A stretch of DNA of 64,000 bases, from the NCBI GenBank assembly GCA_029261655.1, contig JAJDAY010000026.1, positions 138,362 through 202,361 of the forward strand, given 5' to 3'. The number at the start of each line of letters is the position of its first letter. Position 1 is the first letter of the stretch. The translations under genes were made by a program, and so were the position numbers. The notes below the pieces were generated by a model. It did not search any database. It worked only from the letters and a program-made list of their open reading frames with translations, and was not told the origin of the DNA. Source of the stretch: Nitrospinaceae bacterium (GTDB taxonomy: Bacteria > Nitrospinota > Nitrospinia > Nitrospinales > VA-1). Shown piece after piece: positions 35,021 through 45,248 of this stretch.

Positions 35021-38000
35021 TTCACTAATTCCTTATAGTATTCCATGACCATTCGCCGATAGTCCTGCGGAGCCTGTTTTTTCATGGCGCGCAATATTTC
35101 ATCTCGAAACTCTCCGGGCACTTTATACTGATCCTCAGAAGGCAGATTGACCTTTTCTTTTTGCATACGCTCCGAACCGCCGCGTCTGGAATCTCTGGAC
35201 TGACCTGTGCCAAATTTCATCGCGGTCGAACGGGATGTTTGTCTGCCTTTTTCACTACTGGCTTCTTTCATTTCCTTGAGCATTTCACGGGTTTCCTGAA
35301 GTTCTTTCAGCGCCTGGTTTTCAGCATTGATGCTCTTTTGCACCTGCTTCTGATTGAGGTTGGTTTCCGCTCTTTGCATGTACCGCCCGGTGCGTGACAT
35401 TTTTGCAGACAGCTCCGGCGTTATGGTCGGATTTTGTTTGTTCATCTGGCTGAATTGTTTCATGAGTTCTTCGGATTCATCCTTCAATCGTTTTTCAGCA
35501 TCAGCCATTTTTTGCAAATCGGCTTTATTCTCCTCCGACAAAAGATTTTCATCGCTTTCCTGAATCATGCGCATCATGGACCCCAGTTTTTTAGAGATCT
35601 CGCTGTTCAGGCGGGTGACTTGTTTGAGGTCAGGAAGGATCCGCTCCCCGAGATCCTCCCTTTGGTTCGGAGTGGTGCGGATATTATTCTGCCACTGGAA
35701 AACCTCGGGGTAAGTATTTTTAAATATATTATTGAATTCGTTCAAGTCGTGCAATTTCGCCAGTTCTTCCAGCGTATTGTATTTCCCCTGAAGCTTGGGC
35801 AACGTGGTTTTGAATCTTTGAAACACCCGGACTCTCAGGGAATCCATTTCCGCCAGTACCAGGGACAGTTCCTTTTTAGCTGAATTCAATTTTGAAAAAT
35901 TTTTCTCCAGCGAGGGGCTTTGATTGGCGTCGACCGTTTTCTGGCCAAGCGTCTGCAGTTTCTGATTAATTTCGATTTCTTTTTCCAGGAGAACGTCCAG
36001 GGATTTCATCGAGGGATGCTCCTCCAGAAATTTACCGTCTTCTCGAAAGATCATCTGGATTTCGTTCACCAGATTTTTTATTTCCGTGAATATCTGTTCG
36101 ATGGGTTCTTCAAACATTTTAGACTGGGCTTCGCGTAGAGATTTGTTAATTTCAGCCGTTTGATCGAGAAGTTTTTTCTGTTTTCCTTCCAAATCCTGAA
36201 TTTTATTCAGCGAATCGTCCAGTTTTCTCATCAACTCCATATCCATCACGTTTTCCATGTCGGATTGGGCTTGCTCTAACTGGCGGGTGAGATTTTTCAT
36301 GGCTTCCGCCATTTTATTCAGTTCTTCCTGCGCCTTGTCCATGTCTCCATTCTTCATCATTTCCATGATTTTATCGAGAGAGGCGGTGAATTGCTCAAAG
36401 TTCATTCCCTTAAAAGCATCGGGGTTAAGAAACTCATCGGGAAGGGACTGGTTCTGACGGGCAAGCTGGTCCATGATTTTTTCCAGCGTTTCCCGGATTT
36501 GATCGACCTTTTTTACGAGCTCCTCGGAATTCATGGGACTTTTTTTGTTGAGAATTTTATCGAACTCTTCTTTGAGCGATTCCGTCAGTTCATGGAGGCG
36601 GTTTTCCAGATCCATGACCTGATCCATTTTTTGCCGGTTCGTCAGCCGCAATAGAAATAGTATATTTGTTTCCAACTGCGAGGTCAGCCTTTCGTTGATG
36701 GAATCCAAATCGAGGACACTGTAGCCAACGGGAGTGGGTTTGTTGATCGTACTTTCAATTTTGTTGATGGCATTGATCTGCTCATCGCGTATTTGGTTCA
36801 GACCGTTGACGATATTATCAAGCAGATTAAAATAAGACCGTGACATATTTTCAAGGGTCTTGGCGCGTTCCCGGATTTGTTGAGCCAGTCCGATGATTTC
36901 AATCAGCGAATCGGCGCTGGCAATGAGGTGATTTTTCCATTTCATCACCGAGATAGGAGTGGCTTTTGATTCCGCCCCCGTGACCAGACTTGTGGCCAGT
37001 TCGGCGATCATTTTTTCAGTCAGTTGATCCTGCAATGCGATCAGGTTTTCCTGTTCCTCCCTGGAGTCAAAGATAGCGAAAGCAAAAGTTTCTGATTGCC
37101 CTTTGTTGGGTCCCTGGACATTATCATTGTCCAGAATCTCCATGAAGTATTCCACCTCATCCCCTGGGTCGAACGCCATTTCGGCAAGAGCCCAGGTATA
37201 GCTCCCCTGTATTTCACTCTCCCCGTTCTTCACCCGCTTGACATGTCGGCGGACTTGTTTGCCGTTGACATAAGCGACCAGCTCAATTTGCTGAATACCG
37301 AAATCATCTTTCGCATCGTAAAACAATTCTATTTTGGCATTTGGGTAATAAATCGGCTTTGGGTTGGCAATGAAAAGCACGATACCCGGAGACTGATCCT
37401 GGGTCAGCGCAACCGAATATTTTTTCGGCAATAGATGCTTTCGGCCTTCGGGATCTTTGATTCTGAACTGGTAATGTCCCTGTTCCTTGACATAAAACCG
37501 GGACGAAAGAACATTGTTCTCCAGTTTCTGCATCGAAAAATTATCCCTGGAATTCCAGACCAGTTCACCGCCGGCAACGGGAGGCTTGGCGGTTGCCTCC
37601 ACCTGGACCTCGGTGCCAGGCAGCACTTTGATGTTTCCATCCGCGGGGTGGATCACCCTGGACGGCAGGCCGGAATACGCAGGATAACTGAATGTAAGTT
37701 TCAAATCCGAAATTTCATATTCGACACTCGTTGCTTCCACCTTCGGGGCCGGCTCCTCTTTGCCTTTCGAGGTTTGGGAATTTTGGACAACAGGTGGAGA
37801 GGCCCAGTTATGGATTCCTCTGGACAAAAAATCCGGCAAAATGACGGTCGCGAGCAACAGGGATAGCACAACCCCCAGAAACCAGTTACGGTTTCGGTTC
37901 GTTTCCTTGAAATCGACAATTGTTTCCGGCTTGAGTTGTTCTACAAGTGAACGGGTCCGGCGAATGTGCTCTTCAATGAACGCGTGCGAGACTTCCCGGT

Positions 38001-38355
38001 CATCTTCCGGGCGGGACAGGCGCCTCTGCAATTGACTGGCGTTGATGAGAGAATTATTCAGATCGGGAAATTTTTTTTCCGTCAACAGGGCGGCGTGATC
38101 GAGAGGAAATTCGGTGAGTTTATTGCGTAGAAAACAATGGATCAGCAGACCCACGAAAACGACTGCAAATAGAACCGCGAGAGGCAACCCAAACTCGCGC
38201 ACTCGATCAGCATAAAAATAGGAAAGCAGGTTGCCGCAAAGAAAACCACCCAGCAAAAAAGCTGAAACGAGATAGACTCCCTGACGGGTCAGAGCCCCCC
38301 TGCTTTTTTTCCGCACCCGGCGGAGAAATTCCTCTATATATTTGAAGGGTTCCAT
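35017..38355 (-). CDS. large membrane-anchored coiled-coil protein (MoxR-module partner, no obvious VWA/MIDAS)
   Basis: 1112 aa with 3 N-terminal TM helices, a beta-rich middle and a very long coiled coil. Overlaps the downstream gene by 4 nt. Confidence 0.6.
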   Translation of the reverse strand: MEPFKYIEEFLRRVRKKSRGALTRQGVYLVSAFLLGGFLCGNLLSYFYADRVREFGLPLAVLFAVVFVGLLIHCFLRNKLTEFPLDHAALLTEKKFPDLNNSLINASQLQRRLSRPEDDREVSHAFIEEHIRRTRSLVEQLKPETIVDFKETNRNRNWFLGVVLSLLLATVILPDFLSRGIHNWASPPVVQNSQTSKGKEEPAPKVEATSVEYEISDLKLTFSYPAYSGLPSRVIHPADGNIKVLPGTEVQVEATAKPPVAGGELVWNSRDNFSMQKLENNVLSSRFYVKEQGHYQFRIKDPEGRKHLLPKKYSVALTQDQSPGIVLFIANPKPIYYPNAKIELFYDAKDDFGIQQIELVAYVNGKQVRRHVKRVKNGESEIQGSYTWALAEMAFDPGDEVEYFMEILDNDNVQGPNKGQSETFAFAIFDSREEQENLIALQDQLTEKMIAELATSLVTGAESKATPISVMKWKNHLIASADSLIEIIGLAQQIRERAKTLENMSRSYFNLLDNIVNGLNQIRDEQINAINKIESTINKPTPVGYSVLDLDSINERLTSQLETNILFLLRLTNRQKMDQVMDLENRLHELTESLKEEFDKILNKKSPMNSEELVKKVDQIRETLEKIMDQLARQNQSLPDEFLNPDAFKGMNFEQFTASLDKIMEMMKNGDMDKAQEELNKMAEAMKNLTRQLEQAQSDMENVMDMELMRKLDDSLNKIQDLEGKQKKLLDQTAEINKSLREAQSKMFEEPIEQIFTEIKNLVNEIQMIFREDGKFLEEHPSMKSLDVLLEKEIEINQKLQTLGQKTVDANQSPSLEKNFSKLNSAKKELSLVLAEMDSLRVRVFQRFKTTLPKLQGKYNTLEELAKLHDLNEFNNIFKNTYPEVFQWQNNIRTTPNQREDLGERILPDLKQVTRLNSEISKKLGSMMRMIQESDENLLSEENKADLQKMADAEKRLKDESEELMKQFSQMNKQNPTITPELSAKMSRTGRYMQRAETNLNQKQVQKSINAENQALKELQETREMLKEMKEASSEKGRQTSRSTAMKFGTGQSRDSRRGGSERMQKEKVNLPSEDQYKVPGEFRDEILRAMKKQAPQDYRRMVMEYYKELVK

Positions 38356-38596
38356 AGAAATTTCCCGAAATAAATTCCATTCGGATTATACTCTTTGCTC
38401 AACTCTATTTTCTCATACTTTTTGATTATAAAAAGGCCGATCACTCGAATATTCAGGCCGGGATCTGGGGCTAAAACCCTTTTAAAGCAATAATATAGAC
38501 GATAACCCCCTGTACGTGGCCTCCCTCTTCAGAGAGTTGCCCGGAAATTGTGCTAAAATTTTGTCACCTTTTTATAAATAAATCAAACTTCCTAAA

Positions 38597-39844
38597 ATGG
38601 CTGAAACAGAACAACCCTCCAAAGACATCGCCAACGACATAACCGAGGAATATCGGATCCTTCATAAAGTAGCCCAGATATTGCAGGCCTCTGGAGAATT
38701 AAAGACCACATTGAATGCGGCGATGCAAGCCATCACTGGATTTCAGGAATTGAAGGTGGAAAATAAGGCGGGAATTTTTTTAGTCGATGAAGATAAAAAG
38801 GTTTTAAAGCTGTTCACCACTGTGGGCGACTTTTCAAAGGAATTCCTTGAAAAAGAAAAGGAAGTGCCGTTTGGAGATTGCCTGTGCGGGCGAGTCGCTG
38901 TTTCAGGCGATTTATTGATGAGCGAAAGTTGTTATTCCGATTCCCGCCATGAAAGAATTTTTTCTGATATGACCGCTCACGGGCACTACATCGTTCCCTT
39001 GAAAACCAGCAATAACTTGATAGGAGTGATGTTTCTTTATACCAACACGAATCCCGTCTGGTACAAGCACAGTCAGGAAGTATTGCTCTCCATAGGCGGA
39101 CTGATTGCGGACACCATTAGAAAGAAGAAAGTTGACCAGGAACTAGAGGAGTACCGAAATCACCTCGAAAGATTGGTCGATACCCGCACCGGTGAGTTGC
39201 GTCAATTGAGTCATCAGATTCAGAAAATACGGGAAGAAGAAAAAAGCCGGCTGTCCAGAGAAGTCCACGATGAATTGGGGCAATCATTGACCGCATTAAA
39301 AATGGATATATTCCAATTGGAGAAAAAGTTGCCGGAGGACGGCCTGGACTTGAGTAAGCGCACTCAGTCAATGGTGGCCCTGGTGGACGATACCATTAAA
39401 TCCGTTCAACGGATTGCCATGGAATTACGCCCGCCAATTCTGGACGCTTTTGGCCTTTGCGAGGCCATTGCCTGGCAGGCGGGCGAGTACGAAAAAAGAT
39501 TTTCAATCAAGTTTGACCTCAACTGTCTTGAAAGTCATCTGGAACTCGAAGAAGATTTGAAAACCACATTTTTTCGGGTTTTTCAGGAATCAATCACCAA
39601 TGTTGTACGTCACGCCAAAGCGAGCAAGGTCCAGGTGAGCATGAACCATCAGAGTGATCAATTGGTGATGAAAATAAAGGATAATGGAAAGGGTATCCAA
39701 AAGGACCAAATCGAAGGCTCCAGTTCACTTGGTCTCATTGGGATTAGAGAGCGGGTTCGCTATTGGAATGGAGAAGTTCTTTTTCATGGCGCTCCTGAAA
39801 AAGGGACCACGGTAGAAATTCGCATTCCCCTATCTAAAAAATGA
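38597..39844 (+). CDS. GAF-sensor histidine kinase (HisKA_3/NarX-type)
   Basis: GAF region with a CLCGR Cys pair, H-box EVHDELGQSLTALK and a HATPase_c domain. Coupled to the following LuxR regulator. Confidence 0.8.
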   Translation: MAETEQPSKDIANDITEEYRILHKVAQILQASGELKTTLNAAMQAITGFQELKVENKAGIFLVDEDKKVLKLFTTVGDFSKEFLEKEKEVPFGDCLCGRVAVSGDLLMSESCYSDSRHERIFSDMTAHGHYIVPLKTSNNLIGVMFLYTNTNPVWYKHSQEVLLSIGGLIADTIRKKKVDQELEEYRNHLERLVDTRTGELRQLSHQIQKIREEEKSRLSREVHDELGQSLTALKMDIFQLEKKLPEDGLDLSKRTQSMVALVDDTIKSVQRIAMELRPPILDAFGLCEAIAWQAGEYEKRFSIKFDLNCLESHLELEEDLKTTFFRVFQESITNVVRHAKASKVQVSMNHQSDQLVMKIKDNGKGIQKDQIEGSSSLGLIGIRERVRYWNGEVLFHGAPEKGTTVEIRIPLSKK

Positions 39845-40494
39845 CTTCCAAAAAAACAAATTCCATCAAGGTATTTATAGCCGACGACCATGACGTGGTC
39901 CGTCAAGGCATCAAAACCATTATATCGGACGCCTCGGATTTAAGCGTGGCGGGAGAAGCTGAAAATGGCGAAGACGCACTGGAAAAGATTCGCGGTCTTG
40001 ATGTCGATGTGATAATCATGGACTACGATATGCCAAAGAAAAACGGGCTGGACGCGTTGATCGAACTGAAAACTTTTCGCCCCAAACTACCCGTCATAAT
40101 CCTGAGTGTTTTTCCCGAAGATCATTACGGCATCCGGTTTCTGAAGGCCGGCGCGTCAGGATATTTGGGAAAATCAAACGTCACCCGGCAATTGGTTGAA
40201 GCCATAAGAAGAGTGGCGAACGGAGGAAAATATATTTCCCAGACCCTCGCCGACAAACTGGTTTCGGGACTTAACAAAGATTCCGAAAAACTCCCGCACG
40301 AAAACCTGACCGACCGGGAGTTCCAGGTATTTCATCTCATCGCCACCGGTAAACGTCTGAAGGGGATCGCTGAAGACCTGCATCTCAGCGTCAACACAGT
40401 CAGCACCTATCGTTCCCGTATACTTGAAAAAATGGAAATGAAAAGCAACGCGGATATCATTCATTACGCCATCAAAAATGATTTGATTAAGTAA
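39841..40494 (+). CDS. LuxR/NarL-family response regulator
   Basis: REC domain (DDHD...D) plus a C-terminal GerE/LuxR HTH. Confidence 0.9.
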   Translation: MTSKKTNSIKVFIADDHDVVRQGIKTIISDASDLSVAGEAENGEDALEKIRGLDVDVIIMDYDMPKKNGLDALIELKTFRPKLPVIILSVFPEDHYGIRFLKAGASGYLGKSNVTRQLVEAIRRVANGGKYISQTLADKLVSGLNKDSEKLPHENLTDREFQVFHLIATGKRLKGIAEDLHLSVNTVSTYRSRILEKMEMKSNADIIHYAIKNDLIK

Positions 40495-40702
40495 CCCCAA
40501 TCAATTCAATAAGCTTTAATTTATCCCTCCTTTCATTCACCTCCCGGTAGTAAAAACACTACAAAAACTCCTGAGTTTTCGTCACGGATCTTTAGTGGTT
40601 TGGATGATTTTTTTCATGCCGGAATTTTCCTATAGTGACTCCAGTGACAATAAAAAAGGGAACAACGCTCTCTTTTCTCGATAAATTTACAGGAGATTCA
40701 AT

Positions 40703-41236
40703 ATGAAAATCAGAAAAACATTCCAGGCGACTCTGGTGTCCGTCTTCATGGTCGGATGCAGTTCAATGGGTGTCAACGCGGATAACACGCCCCCGCCAAA
40801 CCCACTTGCGGGTTACACCATTCATGTATCAGCACCTCATATCATGAATGGCGAGGTTGTCGGACCTTTTCATCATTTTTGCAAGCCCATCAATGACGAC
40901 ATCATCCAGTGCGTCCTGTTTGAATCCACCGAACCCAACGCAAGGATGACGGAAATTGAATACATGGTCTCCAAAAAATTGGTGAAAGGCGTCATTCCAA
41001 AACATTCGCACGAATTGAACTGGCACGATCACGCGGAAGAGATCGCGACGGGCCGCGTTGTGATCCATAACCCGACCGATCCAGAGGAGCAGAAAAAACT
41101 GGCGGAGTATGTTGGCAATACCGATGGAATCATTTTTCATCTCTGGCCTGAAGGAGCGCCTATTCCAGATGGCTCCGTCATGATTCCGCAGTCTATAGGC
41201 CATTGGGAAGCAAGACATGGAAAGGTAAAAGAATAG
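40703..41236 (+). CDS. lipoprotein, DUF1264-like
   Basis: Signal peptide with VGC lipobox. HHFCKP and NWHDH motifs resemble DUF1264. Confidence 0.45.
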   Translation: MKIRKTFQATLVSVFMVGCSSMGVNADNTPPPNPLAGYTIHVSAPHIMNGEVVGPFHHFCKPINDDIIQCVLFESTEPNARMTEIEYMVSKKLVKGVIPKHSHELNWHDHAEEIATGRVVIHNPTDPEEQKKLAEYVGNTDGIIFHLWPEGAPIPDGSVMIPQSIGHWEARHGKVKE

Positions 41237-41348
41237 CCCATTTTTTGGCTCCGTCGGTTCTGGTTCACCATTTTTAACCTAGACGCTTTACGGAGATAAG
41301 GAGCCGGCGGAGTTTCAAACTAACTTCAACCCAGGAGGCACGAAAACA

Positions 41349-41555
41349 ATGAAACACAATATTGGAAAGAGCGATCGAATTCTCAGAGTTGTTGTCGGGT
41401 GCGTTCTCATAACGGGAGGAGTCGTCATCGCTGGAACGGCTGGAATGATTATGGCGGCAATCGGCCTGATTCCCCTTGGAACCGGATTAATGGGAAACTG
41501 CCCCGTCTATTCCATTTTTAATGTCAACACCTGTAAAAATAAAATTTTTCATTAA
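41349..41555 (+). CDS. DUF2892 (YgaP-like) small membrane protein
   Basis: 68 aa, 2 TM, with a C-terminal GNCPVYSIF motif. Confidence 0.55.
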   Translation: MKHNIGKSDRILRVVVGCVLITGGVVIAGTAGMIMAAIGLIPLGTGLMGNCPVYSIFNVNTCKNKIFH

Positions 41556-41589
41556 TAACAAAATTTTTAATTAAAAAAAGAGAAACAAA

Positions 41590-41985
41590 ATGGCTAAAGG
41601 AAAAGTTTTGATAATCGACGATGACGAGGATGTAAGAGAAATTTTAAAACTCCATTTGAGCGAGCAAAATTTTAAAATCATTGAAGCTGAAAATGGTGAG
41701 GATGGAATTAAATTACTTAAATCTGAAGATAATATGGTCAATGTGGGAGTCATTTTATGCGATATCCGTATGCCAAAAGTCAACGGCATTGATTGTATCA
41801 AATACATTCATCAGGAAGCTCCCGGCATCCCTGTAGTTGTTGTCACAGGTTTTCCTGACACCGAAATGGCAACACAATTATTAAAAAACGGTGTCAAAGA
41901 TTATTTGATCAAGCCAGTAGACAAGGAAAAATTAGTGTCCGTAGTTCAACAACAGGTAATGTCTAAAAAAGGGGTTGAGCTTTAA
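41590..41985 (+). CDS. stand-alone response regulator receiver (CheY-like)
   Basis: 131 aa, REC only: DDDEDV, phospho-acceptor D (ILCDIRMP), conserved K (IKP). Confidence 0.85.
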   Translation: MAKGKVLIIDDDEDVREILKLHLSEQNFKIIEAENGEDGIKLLKSEDNMVNVGVILCDIRMPKVNGIDCIKYIHQEAPGIPVVVVTGFPDTEMATQLLKNGVKDYLIKPVDKEKLVSVVQQQVMSKKGVEL

Positions 41986-42140
41986 AAGCGGTTGGATGGG
42001 GGCTATTTCAAGATTGCTCGGCAATAGCTCCTCATCCCGAAGGATTCCCTTTTATTAAAACATGAATAACGACCGTTGGAATCAAGAAACCGGTTTTTAG
42101 GGGCAACACAACCACTCATCTTAAAACAAGGAGAACTCTC

Positions 42141-42551
42141 ATGAAAAAATTAAACCTGATTTTGGTCCTTTCGCTGATTACGGGATTGACGGCTTCCGCC
42201 TCTTTTGCGAACGATTATCAAGCGGTGACGATTGCAAAACCCAAAAACAATTCCATGGTTTACAGCCCTGTAACCGTGTGTATGGCTACATGGGGAGTAC
42301 AAGTAGAACCTGCCAAAAATGGAGTGAATGAGGGGAAAGGTCATCATCACATCATTGTCGATGTTGAACTTCCCGATTTAGGCAAACCTGTTCCCAAGGA
42401 TTCAAATCACATCCATATGGGAGACGGTTCAACATGTAAAACGATCGAACTCTCCTCTGGAAAGCACACGATTCGAACGTTGTTTGCCCTGGGGAACCAT
42501 ATGCCCTACGTGCCCGCGCTTTCAGACACTGTCGTCGTGGAAGTGAAGTAA
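42141..42551 (+). CDS. DUF4399 domain exported protein
   Basis: Signal peptide. His-rich core GKGHHHIIVD...H.H.GDG typical of DUF4399. Confidence 0.5.
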   Translation: MKKLNLILVLSLITGLTASASFANDYQAVTIAKPKNNSMVYSPVTVCMATWGVQVEPAKNGVNEGKGHHHIIVDVELPDLGKPVPKDSNHIHMGDGSTCKTIELSSGKHTIRTLFALGNHMPYVPALSDTVVVEVK

Positions 42552-42672
42552 GAATGTGACAGGAATTTACAGGAGGCCGGAAAATATGGCTTCCTGTAAT
42601 TTTTCCCATGTGTATGATTGAAAAACTTTAAGTAATTTTGAATTTAATTAACCCTCACCAAAGGGACCTGCA

Positions 42673-43362
42673 ATGAAAACTACCCGAAAATTTGAACGGA
42701 AGACGCTTCATTGGTCTCTTGCCGTTCTGACCCTTTTTGTTTTTGCCCTGGGACAAGACAGAATTGCTGGCGCTGATGAAGCCAGGTTTGGCTTTAAACA
42801 AACAGAAACCATGTCCGGATTTGATTTTACTCAAATCCAACACAGAGGACCTCCTGAAGGAAGAGGCTCAAGACATGACAATTGCCCGGAAATGAGCGAT
42901 GAAAAAGGGTGCATGGGTGGCCAAGGCATGCGGCATGGAGGGGGCAAGCACCATGGAGGTGGTATGGGAATGCATCATGGCGGTGGACAAGGTGGTTCAG
43001 CTCAATGCCCACAACCAAGAGCAACCGTGAAGGCCCCCGGTGAGTTTTACAATCTGGTCAATCCGCTGAAAAATACTCCAGAAAATATTGAAGCAGGGCG
43101 ATCTTTATTTTCCACAGACGTGCAACCCACCTGCGTCATGTGCCATGGCGACAAGGGAGATGGGACGGGAGGTTTCGGTTCCGACATGAGTCCAAAACCA
43201 AGAAACTTTACTTGCATGGAAACGATGAAAGATATTCCAGACGGGCAACTTTTCTGGGTCATCCAAAAAGGTTCTCCAGATACCGGCATGCCGCCATTTC
43301 AAGGTTTGCAAGATGAGCAAATCTGGCAACTGGTTCTATATATTCGTGAATTTGGGAAATAA
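42673..43362 (+). CDS. mono-haem c-type cytochrome with Met/His/Gly-rich N-terminal region
   Basis: Signal peptide, one CVMCH haem motif in a class-I-like domain, and an upstream GGQGMRHGGGKHHGGGMGMHHGGGQGG stretch. Confidence 0.8.
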   Translation: MKTTRKFERKTLHWSLAVLTLFVFALGQDRIAGADEARFGFKQTETMSGFDFTQIQHRGPPEGRGSRHDNCPEMSDEKGCMGGQGMRHGGGKHHGGGMGMHHGGGQGGSAQCPQPRATVKAPGEFYNLVNPLKNTPENIEAGRSLFSTDVQPTCVMCHGDKGDGTGGFGSDMSPKPRNFTCMETMKDIPDGQLFWVIQKGSPDTGMPPFQGLQDEQIWQLVLYIREFGK

Positions 43363-43432
43363 GAAACCTTCGCGGCAAAAATACGGACTCTGGTTTTAAA
43401 CACGGCTTTTATTCAAATTATCGGGTGATAGC

Positions 43433-43891
43433 ATGAATCGAACTCTTGTGAAGAAAAGAATCAAATGGTTCACAGTTTTCATAATGATTCTGGTCTGGCC
43501 TGCCCACTTGCTGGCAATGGAACCCCAGCAGTGCCCGCAACCAAGGTTCACAAAAAAGGCGCCTGAAAAAATCTATGACCTGATGAACCCGGTTGAATCA
43601 ACAACCGCAAACTTAAAAAAAGGCAAGATGCTGTATCAGACCAGAGCAAAACCCATGCCCTGCAAGCTCTGTCATGGAACCAGCGGGGATGGCAGTGGAC
43701 CTATGGCCGGGGGATTCACCCCTCCGCCAAGAAATTTCACTTGCGCGGAAACGATCAATGGAGTTTCTGATGGACAACTGTTCTGGATCATTAAAAATGG
43801 TTCTCCAGGAACAGGAATGCCTGCGTACAAATCTTTGCGGGACGAACAAATCTGGCAGATTCTCCTTTATGTGAGACAACTGGCTCAGTGA
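43433..43891 (+). CDS. mono-haem c-type cytochrome (class I-like)
   Basis: Signal peptide and a CKLCH motif. Domain paralogous to the preceding cytochrome. Confidence 0.8.
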   Translation: MNRTLVKKRIKWFTVFIMILVWPAHLLAMEPQQCPQPRFTKKAPEKIYDLMNPVESTTANLKKGKMLYQTRAKPMPCKLCHGTSGDGSGPMAGGFTPPPRNFTCAETINGVSDGQLFWIIKNGSPGTGMPAYKSLRDEQIWQILLYVRQLAQ

Positions 43892-43939
43892 TATATTTAC
43901 AGGAAGAATTGAATCACAATATAGCGTGAGAGGTAGATC

Positions 43940-45217
43940 ATGAAATTAGATAAAAGTGAGCCATTATCCGAAGAAGCAGAAGAACAAATCCGCAAGAGAA
44001 CCGAAGAATACCGGGTTCTCCATAATGTAGCGAAATCCCTTCAGTCCCCCGAAGGAACAGAAAAAATGTTGCAAGAGGCCATGAAGGCCATTGTCGAATA
44101 TGGAGAGCTCAAGGTCGAATATAAAGCCGGAATATTTTTGGCAGACGAGGAAAAACGGGTCCTGAATCTTTACACCTGGATTGGAAACTTTTCAAATGAG
44201 TTTCTTGAATCTGAAAAAGTAGTCCCCTATGGAGAATGTCTATGCGGACGGGCGGCGGCGTCGGGTGAAATGATTATCAGCAACAATTGTTTTTCCGATA
44301 AACGCCATGACAACCAGTTTAAAGACATGACGGCGCATGGGCATTATATTGTTCCTCTGAAAAGCCGAAATAAATTAGTGGGTATTTTGTTTCTTTATAC
44401 CGACCCGGACCCGCCCTGGTTCGAACGCAATCAGGAAATTCTTTTAACGATGGGCAGTCTCATTGCGGATGCCATTGAACAAAGAAAAGGCGAGGAGCAA
44501 ATCCGTAAAAAAAATAAGGAGCTTCATGAGTTAAATGAACTAAAAAACAAATTTCTTGGCATCGCCTCGCATGATTTGCGAAATCCGCTTTTCCTCATTC
44601 GATCCTATAGCGAAATATTGATTGACGGGACTCCTGGGAGCATCAATGAAAAGCAAAAGAAGCTCCTGCAAAAAATATTCACCTCCAGTGACTTCATGAA
44701 AGCTCTCCTTGAAAATCTGCTGGATATTTCAAAAATCGAGAGCGGAAATATCGAGCTGGATAAAAAGGTGCAGGATTTTAATGAGACCACCAAAAATCAG
44801 ATGGAATTATTCGAGCTTCTTGCTCAAAAAAAACAAATCAATCTTCACCTGAAACTGGGAGAGCTTCCTCCTTTTGCTTACGACAAAAATGCTGTGGTCC
44901 AGGCCATTGGTAACTTTATTGGCAACGCCATCAAATTCTCCCCCGCCAATACAAACATTTATGTCTCTACAGAAAACAAAAAGAGCCGGGCGCAATTTTC
45001 GGTTCGTGATGAAGGACCGGGAATTTCAGAAGAAGATCAAAAGTTGTTATTTGGAGAGTTTCAAACTTTGAGCGCTAAACCAACTGGAGGAGAAAAGTCC
45101 ACCGGCCTTGGGTTGGCAATTGTGAAAAAATTGGTCAACCTTCATGGGGGAGAAGTCGGAGTTACCAGCGAATTGGGTAAAGGGAGTACATTCTTTTTCA
45201 CCCTTCCCCTGGATTAA
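43940..45217 (+). CDS. GAF-sensor histidine kinase (classical HisKA)
   Basis: GAF region about 65% identical to the 38597 kinase, including CLCGR. H-box GIASHDLRNPL, then N/G1/G2 boxes. Confidence 0.85.
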   Translation: MKLDKSEPLSEEAEEQIRKRTEEYRVLHNVAKSLQSPEGTEKMLQEAMKAIVEYGELKVEYKAGIFLADEEKRVLNLYTWIGNFSNEFLESEKVVPYGECLCGRAAASGEMIISNNCFSDKRHDNQFKDMTAHGHYIVPLKSRNKLVGILFLYTDPDPPWFERNQEILLTMGSLIADAIEQRKGEEQIRKKNKELHELNELKNKFLGIASHDLRNPLFLIRSYSEILIDGTPGSINEKQKKLLQKIFTSSDFMKALLENLLDISKIESGNIELDKKVQDFNETTKNQMELFELLAQKKQINLHLKLGELPPFAYDKNAVVQAIGNFIGNAIKFSPANTNIYVSTENKKSRAQFSVRDEGPGISEEDQKLLFGEFQTLSAKPTGGEKSTGLGLAIVKKLVNLHGGEVGVTSELGKGSTFFFTLPLD

Positions 45218-45248
45218 CAACTAACAGGTTTCTAAAAAGGAAAAACTC

